In this document: positions 9,430 through 17,935 of the stretch, in pieces | Layout: the number at the start of each line of letters is the position of its first letter | Numbering within the stretch: position 1 is the first letter of the stretch | DNA from: a candidate division FCPU426 bacterium | GTDB taxonomy: Bacteria; Oederibacteriota; Muellerivitia; Muellerivitales; Muellerivitaceae | Length of the DNA: 64,000 nucleotides | NCBI GenBank assembly: GCA_963719085.1 | Contig: CAVRAL010000001.1 | Span: forward strand, 192,001 to 256,000 | Reading direction: 5' to 3' | Position numbers and translations under genes: made by a program | Notes under the pieces: generated by a model | What the model was told of the DNA's origin: nothing | Seen by the model: the letters and a program-made list of their open reading frames with translations, nothing else | Databases searched by the model: none

Positions 9430-9966
9430 ATGACCCGTTTTCTTCTCGTTTTGTTTTTGGTTTTTACATTTAATTCGCCGGTCTTGGCGAAAAACGCGCA
9501 ACCGGATAACACTCCGCCTTTTGCGCCCATCCAATCCCATTGGACCCTCTGGGACGGCATGCAGTATTTGCGGAATGATCACGTTCTTTCCGAACCCGAA
9601 TTGAACAGCTTGATTCGGTCGCTCAAAGATCAACAGGCTACCGAACTTTTAGTGAGCGGCGAATCGGACGGGACATTGGGAGGGATCGGAGTGGGCGCCT
9701 CCATTGTGGCGTCGATCCTCATCTTGTTTTTGCCCGGCACCCATTTCCAATTATTGGGCCTGAACGTCGCTACCCCCTATTTGCCGGTCGCGGCGCCCGG
9801 AACAGTTTTGGGAATTGTGGGGGGAGTTCTTGAGGCGCAAGCCAACACCGAAAAATACGCCGCCGTCCAACGTTACAACCGCCTCACCAAGCAGGACCAA
9901 TCGTTGACTTGGAATTTTTCGCCCCAAAAGAATGGGATAGGGTTGAATATGGGTTATGCCTTTTAG
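9430..9966 (+). CDS. Hypothetical exported/membrane protein
   Basis: Signal peptide, hydrophobic hairpin, AVQRYN, terminal GIGLNMGYAF strand. Confidence 0.6.
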   Translation: MTRFLLVLFLVFTFNSPVLAKNAQPDNTPPFAPIQSHWTLWDGMQYLRNDHVLSEPELNSLIRSLKDQQATELLVSGESDGTLGGIGVGASIVASILILFLPGTHFQLLGLNVATPYLPVAAPGTVLGIVGGVLEAQANTEKYAAVQRYNRLTKQDQSLTWNFSPQKNGIGLNMGYAF

Positions 9967-9994
9967 CTCCAGGAACAACAGATAAGGAAAAACG

Positions 9995-10930
9995 ATGAAA
10001 ACCCGCCAACTCGGTAATTCGGATTTACATATCACGCCTTTGGGTATCGGGACCTGGGCCATCGGCGGCCCGGACGGCAACTATCATTGGGGCCCGCAAA
10101 GCGATGAGGATTCCATTAAGGCCATCCACCGGGCTTTTGAAAAGGGGATCAACTGGATCGACACCGCCCCCGCTTATGGCCGGGGCCATTCGGAAGAAGT
10201 CGTGGGCAAAGCGATCCGTGGGCTCAATCCCAAGCCTTATGTTTTCACGAAAAACTCATTGGTGTGGGGAGCGGACCGGGTCGTGACCAACCGGCTTAAG
10301 GCGGATTCGGTGCGGAAGGAATGTGAGGACAGCCTTCGGCGTCTGGGGGTTGAATCGCTGGACCTGTGGCAAATCCATTGGCCCAATCCGGATGTTGATA
10401 TTGAGGAAGGTTGGACCGAGATGGCCCGACTGCAAAAAGAGGGCAAGGTCCGTTGGATCGGCGTTTCCAACTTCAGTCCCGCCCAAATGAGAAGGGCCCA
10501 GGCGATCGGCCCCCTTACCTCGCTCCAGCCGCCCTATTCGGCCGCGCGCCGGGACATCGAAGCCGAAATCCTGCCCTTTTGTAAGGAAAACAATATTGGC
10601 GTCATTGTTTATTCGCCCATGCAAGCCGGGCTTCTGAGCGGCCGCATGAGCCGGGAGAGGATTCAAAATCTACCCAAAGGCGATTGGCGTCCCGGAAACG
10701 ACCAGTTTAAGGAGCCGCTTCTGACCCGCAATCTGGCCCTGCAGGAGGCGTTGTCCAAGATTGGCGCGAAATACGGCTATAGCGCGGGTGTCGCGGCCTT
10801 GGCTTGGGTCTTGAGGCGCGAGGAAGTGACCGGTTCTATTGTGGGCTTCCGCCATCCGGATCAGGTGGATGACCTGATCGCGGCGGGAGAGTTTAGGCTT
10901 TCGAAAGAAGAAATGGAAACATTGGCTTAG
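9995..10930 (+). CDS. Aldo/keto reductase
   Basis: LGIGTW, IDTAPAYG, SEEVVG, DLWQIHWP, GKVRWIGVSN, QPPYS, YSPM. Confidence 0.95.
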   Translation: MKTRQLGNSDLHITPLGIGTWAIGGPDGNYHWGPQSDEDSIKAIHRAFEKGINWIDTAPAYGRGHSEEVVGKAIRGLNPKPYVFTKNSLVWGADRVVTNRLKADSVRKECEDSLRRLGVESLDLWQIHWPNPDVDIEEGWTEMARLQKEGKVRWIGVSNFSPAQMRRAQAIGPLTSLQPPYSAARRDIEAEILPFCKENNIGVIVYSPMQAGLLSGRMSRERIQNLPKGDWRPGNDQFKEPLLTRNLALQEALSKIGAKYGYSAGVAALAWVLRREEVTGSIVGFRHPDQVDDLIAAGEFRLSKEEMETLA

Positions 10931-11018
10931 TTTTGGGGGCGAAGTCAAACGCGTTAGTCGGATTCAGCGCTTTTTTGTCCCGGTCATTCAAGGGCTGTAA
11001 ATCTCCGCGGGTCTAAAT
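10927..11018 (-). pseudogene. Remnant 3' end of an acpA-like phosphoesterase gene (direct repeat of 13652-13741)
   Basis: Minus strand reads *TRGDLQPLNDRDKKALNPTNAFDF versus ETRWGLTPLNDRDKKAVNLTNAFDF in the intact gene; 28-bp exact match 10968-10995 = 13691-13718. Confidence 0.85.
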
Positions 11019-11043
11019 TGAAGCGTCGAATAGATGGATCGCG

Positions 11044-11661
11044 CTACTTTGCGTTCTTGATTTTCAAAATCCTCCAATACCCGAAAGGGCGAGTGGGGAT
11101 GTCCTCGGCTCCCGCCAAACCTGTTTTGTCGATGAAATCATCCTGATAAAAAACGGGCTCAAATCCCAAGACGGATGCCAAGGGTTTGATCCCCTTTTCC
11201 ACGATCGTTGCCATGGAATGGCGGCGGCTGAAATGGCTGAGGATGTATAGGTATCCCCCGGGCCGGGTGACCCGCTTCATTTCTTGTACCATGGCGGCGG
11301 GGTTGGGAATGACGGAAGCCACATAGAGGGCCAGGCATTGGTCGAAAGAATCATCCTTAAATTCCAGATTTTCGGCGTCCATCAATTGAAGGTCGGAACG
11401 CAAACGGCCTGATTTTTTCGCGCGGCCTAAAGCCTTTTCCAACATGGGGGCGCAGGCGTCAATTCCGGTTAATTGGGCGTCGGGAGGGTAGAAGGGAATC
11501 GAAAGTCCCGTGCCGATGCCGATTTCTAAGACCCGGTTCCCCGCGGACCATTCGATTTGCCGCAGGGCTTGGCGGCGTCCGGGGTTCAAGGAAATTCCGA
11601 AAACAAAATCATAAAACCCGGCGTATCGCCGGTAAGCGCTTTGAATGGATGCGGCGTCCAT
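11044..11661 (-). CDS. pmtA: Phosphatidylethanolamine N-methyltransferase (PmtA-like class I SAM methyltransferase)
   Basis: AYRRYAGFYDFVFG, VLEIGIGTG, MDAENLEF, EMKRVTRPGG, HF motif. Confidence 0.8.
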   Translation of the reverse strand: MDAASIQSAYRRYAGFYDFVFGISLNPGRRQALRQIEWSAGNRVLEIGIGTGLSIPFYPPDAQLTGIDACAPMLEKALGRAKKSGRLRSDLQLMDAENLEFKDDSFDQCLALYVASVIPNPAAMVQEMKRVTRPGGYLYILSHFSRRHSMATIVEKGIKPLASVLGFEPVFYQDDFIDKTGLAGAEDIPTRPFGYWRILKIKNAK

Positions 11662-11741
11662 GCGGGATTCCGTGGTGATAGGGTCGTAAGCCGGGACATT
11701 CTAAGGGAAATGACGTTGGAGGGAATCTGTTTTCACGTCTC

Positions 11742-13616
11742 TTATTGGGTCGAGAAATGGTCGAGCGCCCGCCTCCTAAATTCACTAAGAAGCGTGGTGG
11801 GCGCGGCGGGGATCAAGTTGGTCAGGCCCGCCGGGTCTTGGAGCAGATTCACCAATTTTTCGTTTGAGGGAAGCAGTGTCTGGTTCGCCAGGGGGCGGCT
11901 GTATTCCAAAAGCTTTTTTCCGTCATAAAAAACAACCGCGCCTTGGTCCCCGGGTTGGAACGACGGGGTGAAATGGTAGCTCCAGGGATCGGTCCTGGGT
12001 TTCAGAAGCGATTGACCGGCCCAGGTGGGAGGAGGTGTTAATCCCGCCAATTCAGCCACGGTGGGGGCGATGTCCAATTCGGTGGCGAAAAGTGGCTGGG
12101 TGAAGGCCGGAAGCGGCGAACTGCCGCTAAAAAAAAGCGGTGTGTGCAGGATACAGGGGGTTGTGTAATGTCCGTGGCCGTAATGGCCGTCTTCCCCCAA
12201 AAGCTCCCCATGGTCGGCTGTTAGTACCACCAGATAATCCTTCAAATATCCCTTTCGACCCAGGATTCCAAAAAGATTTTTCAAAACGGAGTCGGCTTGC
12301 AGAATCCGGTCGTCGTAAAGATTGACGGCGTATTGGGCTTTGAGGGCTGGCGAGGATCCCTTTTCATGGGTTTCGCCGATGGGTTGGTATTGTTGGTATT
12401 GGTCGTGGAACCGGCCCGCCTGGTGGACCGACATTAGGTGAAAATAAAAGAAGTGAAATTTTCCGTCGTCCGGTTTTAAGCCCTCTAGCAGCGCGGGAAG
12501 GGCTTCGTCGTCGTCAATGCTGTAGCCCGGCGGGAAGGCGGTGCCGTCCAAACAAGTGGATATCTTGTGGCCGTAAGAATTATCGAAGTTATACCAGTGG
12601 TGGTCGCCGGACAGGTAAAGAAAATCCTGAAAGCCGTTGTCCGCCAAAAAATCGGCGAGCGTGTAGTTTTGGGAGCTGATTTCAGGAACCGGCTTGGAGG
12701 TGAGAATGGACATGATTCCCACCGCGGATTCAGAACCATTGGCCAGGCACCAGCCGATTTTCCGGGTCCGGGTGGAAGTTAAAAAGCTTCCCAAGAAGGG
12801 AGTGGTGGACCTCGCGCGGCCGTAGGCGGGCAGTTGGTCGGCCCGCAACGCGTCCACGATAACGAGGATGATGTTGTGGACTTTGGGGATGCGGGGGCGT
12901 GTTTCCATTTCCGCTTGTTTGTCCAGAGCGGCCCATCGCAGCCGTTCCGGGTCCATGGGAAATTTTGTTTTTTCCACCGTGAAGAACCCCCGTATGGGAT
13001 CCTGGAGCAGGCCGCCGCCCAAGGCTTGCTCAGGGTTGGCCCGGCAAAAAAGCACCAAGCTGGCCGTCCAAACCAAACACAGGATGACAAGCGACGTCAT
13101 TTTTGGAGCCCGGTTCCGGTTGAAATTTTCGAAGCGTTCTTTGACCCACCGGTCTAACGCGGCCGCCCGGGCTTGGTAAAAAGCCACGAAACCGATGAAG
13201 GAAAAGGCCGCGAGCGATAACGGAATCCAGGGCGATATCGAAAAGTCGCCGGCCACTTGAAAAAAGCGGGATAAGAAACGGCCCACGATCAGGTAAGTCG
13301 GCGTATCGCCCCAGCACCAGTTGCCGACCGCCGCGCTGAGATAAAGTAGGAAAAGAAAATAGAAACTCAACGCGGGGATGAGCGCCGGAATCCCCCGAAC
13401 CGGCCAGAGGATGTTATTTTCCAGCGTTTTCCGGACAGCGAGGAATACTAGGAATGTGGCCAGAATCCATAGGGCGAGGATATAAAGGTGGACGAGGACA
13501 AAAGGAAGGCCCGCCCCAAAGCGCAGGAGCGCTAAGCCTATATAGAGGATTCCCCCCAAGGCGGGGGGGATCCAAAGAGAGGCCGGCGGCGGAAGGGGAA
13601 AAAGGGCGTCGCGCAT
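11742..13616 (-). CDS. Membrane-anchored sulfatase-fold enzyme (LtaS/phosphotransferase-like)
   Basis: About 5 N-terminal TMs; NIILVIVDALRAD, HLMSVH, YDDRI, TADHGE, GHG, LDIAPT; lacks the CxPxR/SxPxR sulfatase signature. Confidence 0.8.
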   Translation of the reverse strand: MRDALFPLPPPASLWIPPALGGILYIGLALLRFGAGLPFVLVHLYILALWILATFLVFLAVRKTLENNILWPVRGIPALIPALSFYFLFLLYLSAAVGNWCWGDTPTYLIVGRFLSRFFQVAGDFSISPWIPLSLAAFSFIGFVAFYQARAAALDRWVKERFENFNRNRAPKMTSLVILCLVWTASLVLFCRANPEQALGGGLLQDPIRGFFTVEKTKFPMDPERLRWAALDKQAEMETRPRIPKVHNIILVIVDALRADQLPAYGRARSTTPFLGSFLTSTRTRKIGWCLANGSESAVGIMSILTSKPVPEISSQNYTLADFLADNGFQDFLYLSGDHHWYNFDNSYGHKISTCLDGTAFPPGYSIDDDEALPALLEGLKPDDGKFHFFYFHLMSVHQAGRFHDQYQQYQPIGETHEKGSSPALKAQYAVNLYDDRILQADSVLKNLFGILGRKGYLKDYLVVLTADHGELLGEDGHYGHGHYTTPCILHTPLFFSGSSPLPAFTQPLFATELDIAPTVAELAGLTPPPTWAGQSLLKPRTDPWSYHFTPSFQPGDQGAVVFYDGKKLLEYSRPLANQTLLPSNEKLVNLLQDPAGLTNLIPAAPTTLLSEFRRRALDHFSTQ

Positions 13617-13651
13617 ACCCTTAAATTAACATTCAAGGATGAAAATTTCCT

Positions 13652-15013
13652 TTAGTTTCCGGAGAAGTCAAAGGCGTTCGTCAAATTCACCGCTTTTTTG
13701 TCCCGGTCATTCAAGGGCGTTAAGCCCCAACGGGTCTCAATCAATTTCAAAATTGAAGTGGTGTCATAGACGGTCTTGTCCACGAAGTTTTTCTTGGCGT
13801 AAGGCGAAACCACGATCAAGGGCAGGCGGATGCCCGGGCCCAATGAATCGCGGATAGGCGGGGCCACCTGGTCCCAGCGGCCTCCATGATCGTCATAGGT
13901 AATCAAGATCGCCGTGTCTTTCCAATAGGGGCTGTCTTGAACGGCCTTCACCAAGCTCAGCACATATTCCTGGCCCGCTTGGATATCCGAATAGCCCGGA
14001 TGCTCGTCATTCTCGCCCAAGGCCTTGATCCAGCAAACCGACGGCAAGTTTCCGCTTTTCAAATCGTTCAAAAAGTCTTCCTTATCTTTCAAGTGCGTGT
14101 GATCCACGGAGGTGGGACTGGCGTATTTTTTAAAATAGATGAAGGGTTGGTGATGGTACTCATAATCCTCGTCGGCTTTACCGGCCAAGGCGTCATTGAA
14201 CCCTTCCGCGTACCAAGCCCATGAAATATTTTTATCGCTCAGGCGGTCGCCGATCGTCGGCACATCGGACCCGGGCACCAATTGATCCTTCGGGGTCTTG
14301 GGATCATGCGGAATATTTTCGGTCTGGCAATTGTTGATCACGTCACCCTCGGGGCTGAGGAAGCCGTCCTTGATCAAATTGCCCTTGGCGTCCAATTGGG
14401 CGCGCAGGGTGGCGGGGGCGCTTTTCCAGGAAATGGTGTCGGCGCAAATCAAATACAAATGATTCAAGAGGGAACCGCCAAAGGCGCCTTGGAAATAATG
14501 GTCGCAAAGCGTGTATTGGCCGGCCAGCCGGCCTTCAGGTAATTTCGACGCGTCAAAGTAGCTCATGACCAATCCGCCGTTGTCGCTTCCCGAGACGAAC
14601 TTGTCCATCTTGCCGCCATCGATCTGGTTTTGTTCCTGATAATAACGGTGAACCAAATCGCCGGTTTTGTCCGTTGTCTTGATGTAGTTCAAAAGATCAA
14701 AAGGCTTCACCGGCAGGTTGTCGGGGAAGCGCTTGTCCAAGGTAATAAATTTGGTTTTTTTATCGATGCTTAAAGCCGGTTGGGGCAAAACCGTGAGGGG
14801 TTTTCCTCCGTCGTCCACCTGGTCGAATTTCGCGTCGGGACTTTGGATGCCTTCGGCGCCCGGGAAAGACCCATAGAGTCCGTCAAAGCTCCAGTTTTCT
14901 TGGTAGATCACGATCACATGGTTAATTTTTTGAAGATTTGAATTCTGGGCATAGGCGCTCGAAAGCCCCATAAAAAGACCTAAAATCAGCCCGGCGGGGG
15001 ATAAAAACCTCAT
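13652..15013 (-). CDS. Acid phosphatase AcpA / phospholipase C (phosphoesterase family)
   Basis: Signal peptide, HVIVIYQENWSFD, DHYFQGAFGGSLLNH, HHQPF, DEHPG, TYDDHGG, GPGIRLP. Confidence 0.92.
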   Translation of the reverse strand: MRFLSPAGLILGLFMGLSSAYAQNSNLQKINHVIVIYQENWSFDGLYGSFPGAEGIQSPDAKFDQVDDGGKPLTVLPQPALSIDKKTKFITLDKRFPDNLPVKPFDLLNYIKTTDKTGDLVHRYYQEQNQIDGGKMDKFVSGSDNGGLVMSYFDASKLPEGRLAGQYTLCDHYFQGAFGGSLLNHLYLICADTISWKSAPATLRAQLDAKGNLIKDGFLSPEGDVINNCQTENIPHDPKTPKDQLVPGSDVPTIGDRLSDKNISWAWYAEGFNDALAGKADEDYEYHHQPFIYFKKYASPTSVDHTHLKDKEDFLNDLKSGNLPSVCWIKALGENDEHPGYSDIQAGQEYVLSLVKAVQDSPYWKDTAILITYDDHGGRWDQVAPPIRDSLGPGIRLPLIVVSPYAKKNFVDKTVYDTTSILKLIETRWGLTPLNDRDKKAVNLTNAFDFSGN

Positions 15014-15173
15014 TTAACAGCCTCCCAGAAAGCTTTATTTTGAGCCCTTTTTAGGCCCTTTCCGGCTCAAAGCCTAGAGCCGAACCCAGAATTAACCTCC
15101 TTTTTACAGGATTTGGGAATCTTCCCCACCTGGCTTTAGGCTTAAAAATAGTTGAAATATATAGAAAAAGTCC

Positions 15174-15201
15174 TTGACCTGGCCCAAAAGTTCAACATAA
15201 T
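15174..15201 (+). promoter_or_regulatory. Sigma70-type promoter of the dcw cluster
   Basis: TTGACC (15174-15179), 16-nt spacer, CATAAT (15196-15201). Confidence 0.6.
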
Positions 15202-15207
15202 GGCGGC

Positions 15208-15236
15208 AAGTGGGGAAAAGTGGTTTAAAGTGGGTA
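15208..15236 (+). promoter_or_regulatory. MraZ operator: three GTGG(G) repeats at 10-bp period
   Basis: aagtgggga / aagtggttt / aagtgggta at 15208, 15218, 15228, matching known MraZ-binding repeats upstream of mraZ. Confidence 0.85.
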
Positions 15237-15276
15237 AAACTACCGAAAACCCTTATTTTTCAAGGTTAAGGGCGCC

Positions 15277-15735
15277 ATGTTTCGAGGGATCTTTCACAAC
15301 CATTTAGATGAAAAGGGACGGCTCAATATTCCCGCCCGTTTGCGGGAGCAGATTAAGTCCGATCACGAAATGCCTTTGGTTTTGACCTTGGGATTTGACC
15401 AATCCTTGTTTTTGTACCCGATGGACGCGTGGAAAAAAATCGAGGACCAATTGTCCTCGCTCAACAGCCTCAGCCCGGAAGTCCGGCAGTTTCAGCGGAT
15501 GATCTTGGGCAACAGCGATGAAGTGGAATTGGACCAGCAAGGACGCATCATCATCTCGCCGATCCTCCGCAAGGAAGCGGGGCTCTCGAAGAACGTGGTG
15601 ATCGCGGGGATGCTGCACCGCATCGAGATTTGGGATAAAGAAAAGTACGAGACTTATCACGCTCAAAGTTCGCAGTCGTTGGAGCTCTTGGGCCAGAAGC
15701 TTTCGGATAAAGGGATTCAGTCGTTAACTCTGTAG
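15277..15735 (+). CDS. mraZ: Division/cell wall cluster transcriptional repressor MraZ
   Basis: MFRG, LDEKGRLNIP, LDQQGRI, IEIWD. Confidence 0.96.
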   Translation: MFRGIFHNHLDEKGRLNIPARLREQIKSDHEMPLVLTLGFDQSLFLYPMDAWKKIEDQLSSLNSLSPEVRQFQRMILGNSDEVELDQQGRIIISPILRKEAGLSKNVVIAGMLHRIEIWDKEKYETYHAQSSQSLELLGQKLSDKGIQSLTL

Positions 15736-15846
15736 CGGGGTGTTGAAAAAGTTGGGACGAAAAACTTTTTCGGTTGAGTAAACCCTGGGGCTGCTAGACA
15801 GGTTTTTGAAAATTTTTTAGAGCAACCCGCGGATCGGGAGTGACGA

Positions 15847-16200
15847 ATGGAAATCGGAATAGAAGTTAAGGAGAAATTTTCGCTCCTTTCCATCGTCGGG
15901 GATATGGATGACGACGATTTAGAAAAGTTGGAACAATCGATCGAGACGTTGATGGGGAAGGGCTACCGCCGGGTGGTCCTGGATTTGACTCAGGTCTCAA
16001 CGATGAGCGCCAATGGGTTGGGGACCCTGGCTCGTCTTTGGAGTCGGATTCGCTTCAAGAGGGGGGACCTGAAGATCGTGGGGCTCAACAGCCGGCTCAA
16101 ATATTTGTTCCGGTCGATGGGGGCCGAAGGAATGTTTGAGACTTACCGCGATGTTCGGGAAATGATGGAAAAGACCGGCCGCTTGCCGGTTGTCGCGTAA
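15847..16200 (+). CDS. STAS-domain protein (anti-sigma factor antagonist-like) 1
   Basis: GDMD, VVLDLTQVSTMSANGLGTL, GDLKIVGL, 117 aa. Confidence 0.85.
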   Translation: MEIGIEVKEKFSLLSIVGDMDDDDLEKLEQSIETLMGKGYRRVVLDLTQVSTMSANGLGTLARLWSRIRFKRGDLKIVGLNSRLKYLFRSMGAEGMFETYRDVREMMEKTGRLPVVA

Positions 16201-16221
16201 AAGAATTGGGGAGATATACCG

Positions 16222-16557
16222 ATGCCGGTTACAGCCAAAGCGGAAACCGTTACCGTGGTTCGTTTAGGTGGCGAATTGAGCCAGGACGAGGTGACGTCAC
16301 TGCTCCGGGTTCTTACCGACTTGGTGCTGTCCAACAAAACAAAGGTGGTGCTGAATTTCCGAAAGGTGACCCACATGTCCCTGAACGGCATCGCCAAGCT
16401 GGTCGAGAAAAGCCTTCGCTTTAGGGCGCTGAACGGTGAGATCAAAATCGCCGGCATGGCCCCTTACGTCACCAACCTTTTCAACCTAGTGGGTGCCTCT
16501 TCCCAATTCGACATCGTGTCGAGCGAAGAAGAAGCCATTGCCCGCTTTGAAAGCTGA
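16222..16557 (+). CDS. STAS-domain protein 2
   Basis: VVRLGGEL, VVLNFRKVTHMSLNGI, GEIKIAGM, SEEEAI. Confidence 0.85.
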   Translation: MPVTAKAETVTVVRLGGELSQDEVTSLLRVLTDLVLSNKTKVVLNFRKVTHMSLNGIAKLVEKSLRFRALNGEIKIAGMAPYVTNLFNLVGASSQFDIVSSEEEAIARFES

Positions 16558-17500
16558 CCCTTCTCACCAACCGGTCCTTTTGGCCGAAACGGTGGAATGG
16601 TTGTCTCCTCCCGAGAATGGGACCGTCTTGGACGGAACCTTCGGGTTGGGAGGCCACGCGGCTGAGTTATTGAAACATTTGACCCACGGCCGTTACGTGG
16701 GGTTGGACCAGGATGCCGATGCCCTTCAACACGCTGGCCGAGCACTGAAAGACGACCCCCGGGTCATCCTTCGTCAGGCTAACTTCGCCGACCTCCTGGA
16801 TGTGCTGACAAACCTTGGGATCTCAGAGGTGGACAGCGTGTTGATGGATATTGGCGTATCCTCATTACAATTGGATTCGGCTTCGCGCGGTTTTTCATTC
16901 CAGCAATCAGGCCCGCTGGACATGCGCATGGACCAATCCGCCCCCCTTTCGGCTTCCAACGTCGTCAATGAATATTCCGAGGAAAAACTGTCCCAAATCT
17001 TTTGGGAATACGGCGAAGACCGCAAGGCCCGGGCCTTGGCCCGGGCCATCGTGAAGGCGCGCGAGCAAAAGCCCTTTGAAACCACCGATGAGCTGGCCGC
17101 TTTGGCCAAACGGGTCAATTACCAACCGGCCAGCAAGGGCGCCCAAAAACACCCGGCCACCCGGATTTTCCAGGCCATCCGTATGGAAGTGAACCAAGAG
17201 CTTCAGGTTTTGGAAAGGGGCCTGAAGGCCGCGCTTCAAGTCTTGAAGCCAGGCGGCCGCGTGGCCGTCATCACTTTTCATTCCTTGGAAGACCGGATCG
17301 TCAAACAATTCTTCAAAAAAGAAAGCGTTGATTGTATCTGCCCTCCCGAGATTCCTTTCTGCCAATGCGACCACAAGGCTTCCCTTGAAATACTGACCCG
17401 CAAACCCGTCACGGCCTCCGAAGCCGAGACGGAGCGAAATCCCCGCTCCCGCAGCGCCAAGCTTCGGGTGGCCGAGAAATTGGCCGGAGGGCGCGTTTAA
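16547..17500 (+). CDS. rsmH: 16S rRNA m4C1402 methyltransferase RsmH (MraW)
   Basis: HQPVLL, DGTFGLGGH, DIGVSSLQLD, RGFSF, PLDMRMD, FHSLEDR, NPRSRSAKLR. Start inferred at TTG 16547 (or 16538). Confidence 0.96.
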   Translation: MKADPSHQPVLLAETVEWLSPPENGTVLDGTFGLGGHAAELLKHLTHGRYVGLDQDADALQHAGRALKDDPRVILRQANFADLLDVLTNLGISEVDSVLMDIGVSSLQLDSASRGFSFQQSGPLDMRMDQSAPLSASNVVNEYSEEKLSQIFWEYGEDRKARALARAIVKAREQKPFETTDELAALAKRVNYQPASKGAQKHPATRIFQAIRMEVNQELQVLERGLKAALQVLKPGGRVAVITFHSLEDRIVKQFFKKESVDCICPPEIPFCQCDHKASLEILTRKPVTASEAETERNPRSRSAKLRVAEKLAGGRV

Positions 17501-17935
17501 ATGAGCCCAGCGCCCACCTTTAAAGAACAAGTGGTCAGCACCGCCAATGACGTGGTGGACGCCAGCCTTTTTTGGCGGGGCAACCTGGCCAAGGCGGTCC
17601 AACGCCGGGATTTTAAAGGGACCATTTGGGGTGTTCTGGCCCTGACCTTTTTTCTTTTTATCTACGTCTGGCAGCACATGCAGGTGATCAAGCTCGGCTA
17701 TGAGGTTCAGGCGCTGAAGTCCCAAAAAGAGGAATTGAGCAACCAATATTATTACCTTCAATACAAACTCCATGACGTGGACAGCCTGGCCCGGGTGGAA
17801 ACGCTGGCCCAGTCCCAATTGGGCATGACCACACCCCGCTCGGATCAAGTGGTCATCCTGAAGGACGAGGATTCCTCGGCCCCGCATTGGTTGACGGTGT
17901 GGATCAACGCGGTCAAGGGGCTGGGGTCCAAATGA
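17501..17935 (+). CDS. ftsL: Cell division protein FtsL
   Basis: Single TM, coiled coil, ARVETLAQSQLGM; lies between rsmH and ftsI. Confidence 0.85.
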   Translation: MSPAPTFKEQVVSTANDVVDASLFWRGNLAKAVQRRDFKGTIWGVLALTFFLFIYVWQHMQVIKLGYEVQALKSQKEELSNQYYYLQYKLHDVDSLARVETLAQSQLGMTTPRSDQVVILKDEDSSAPHWLTVWINAVKGLGSK

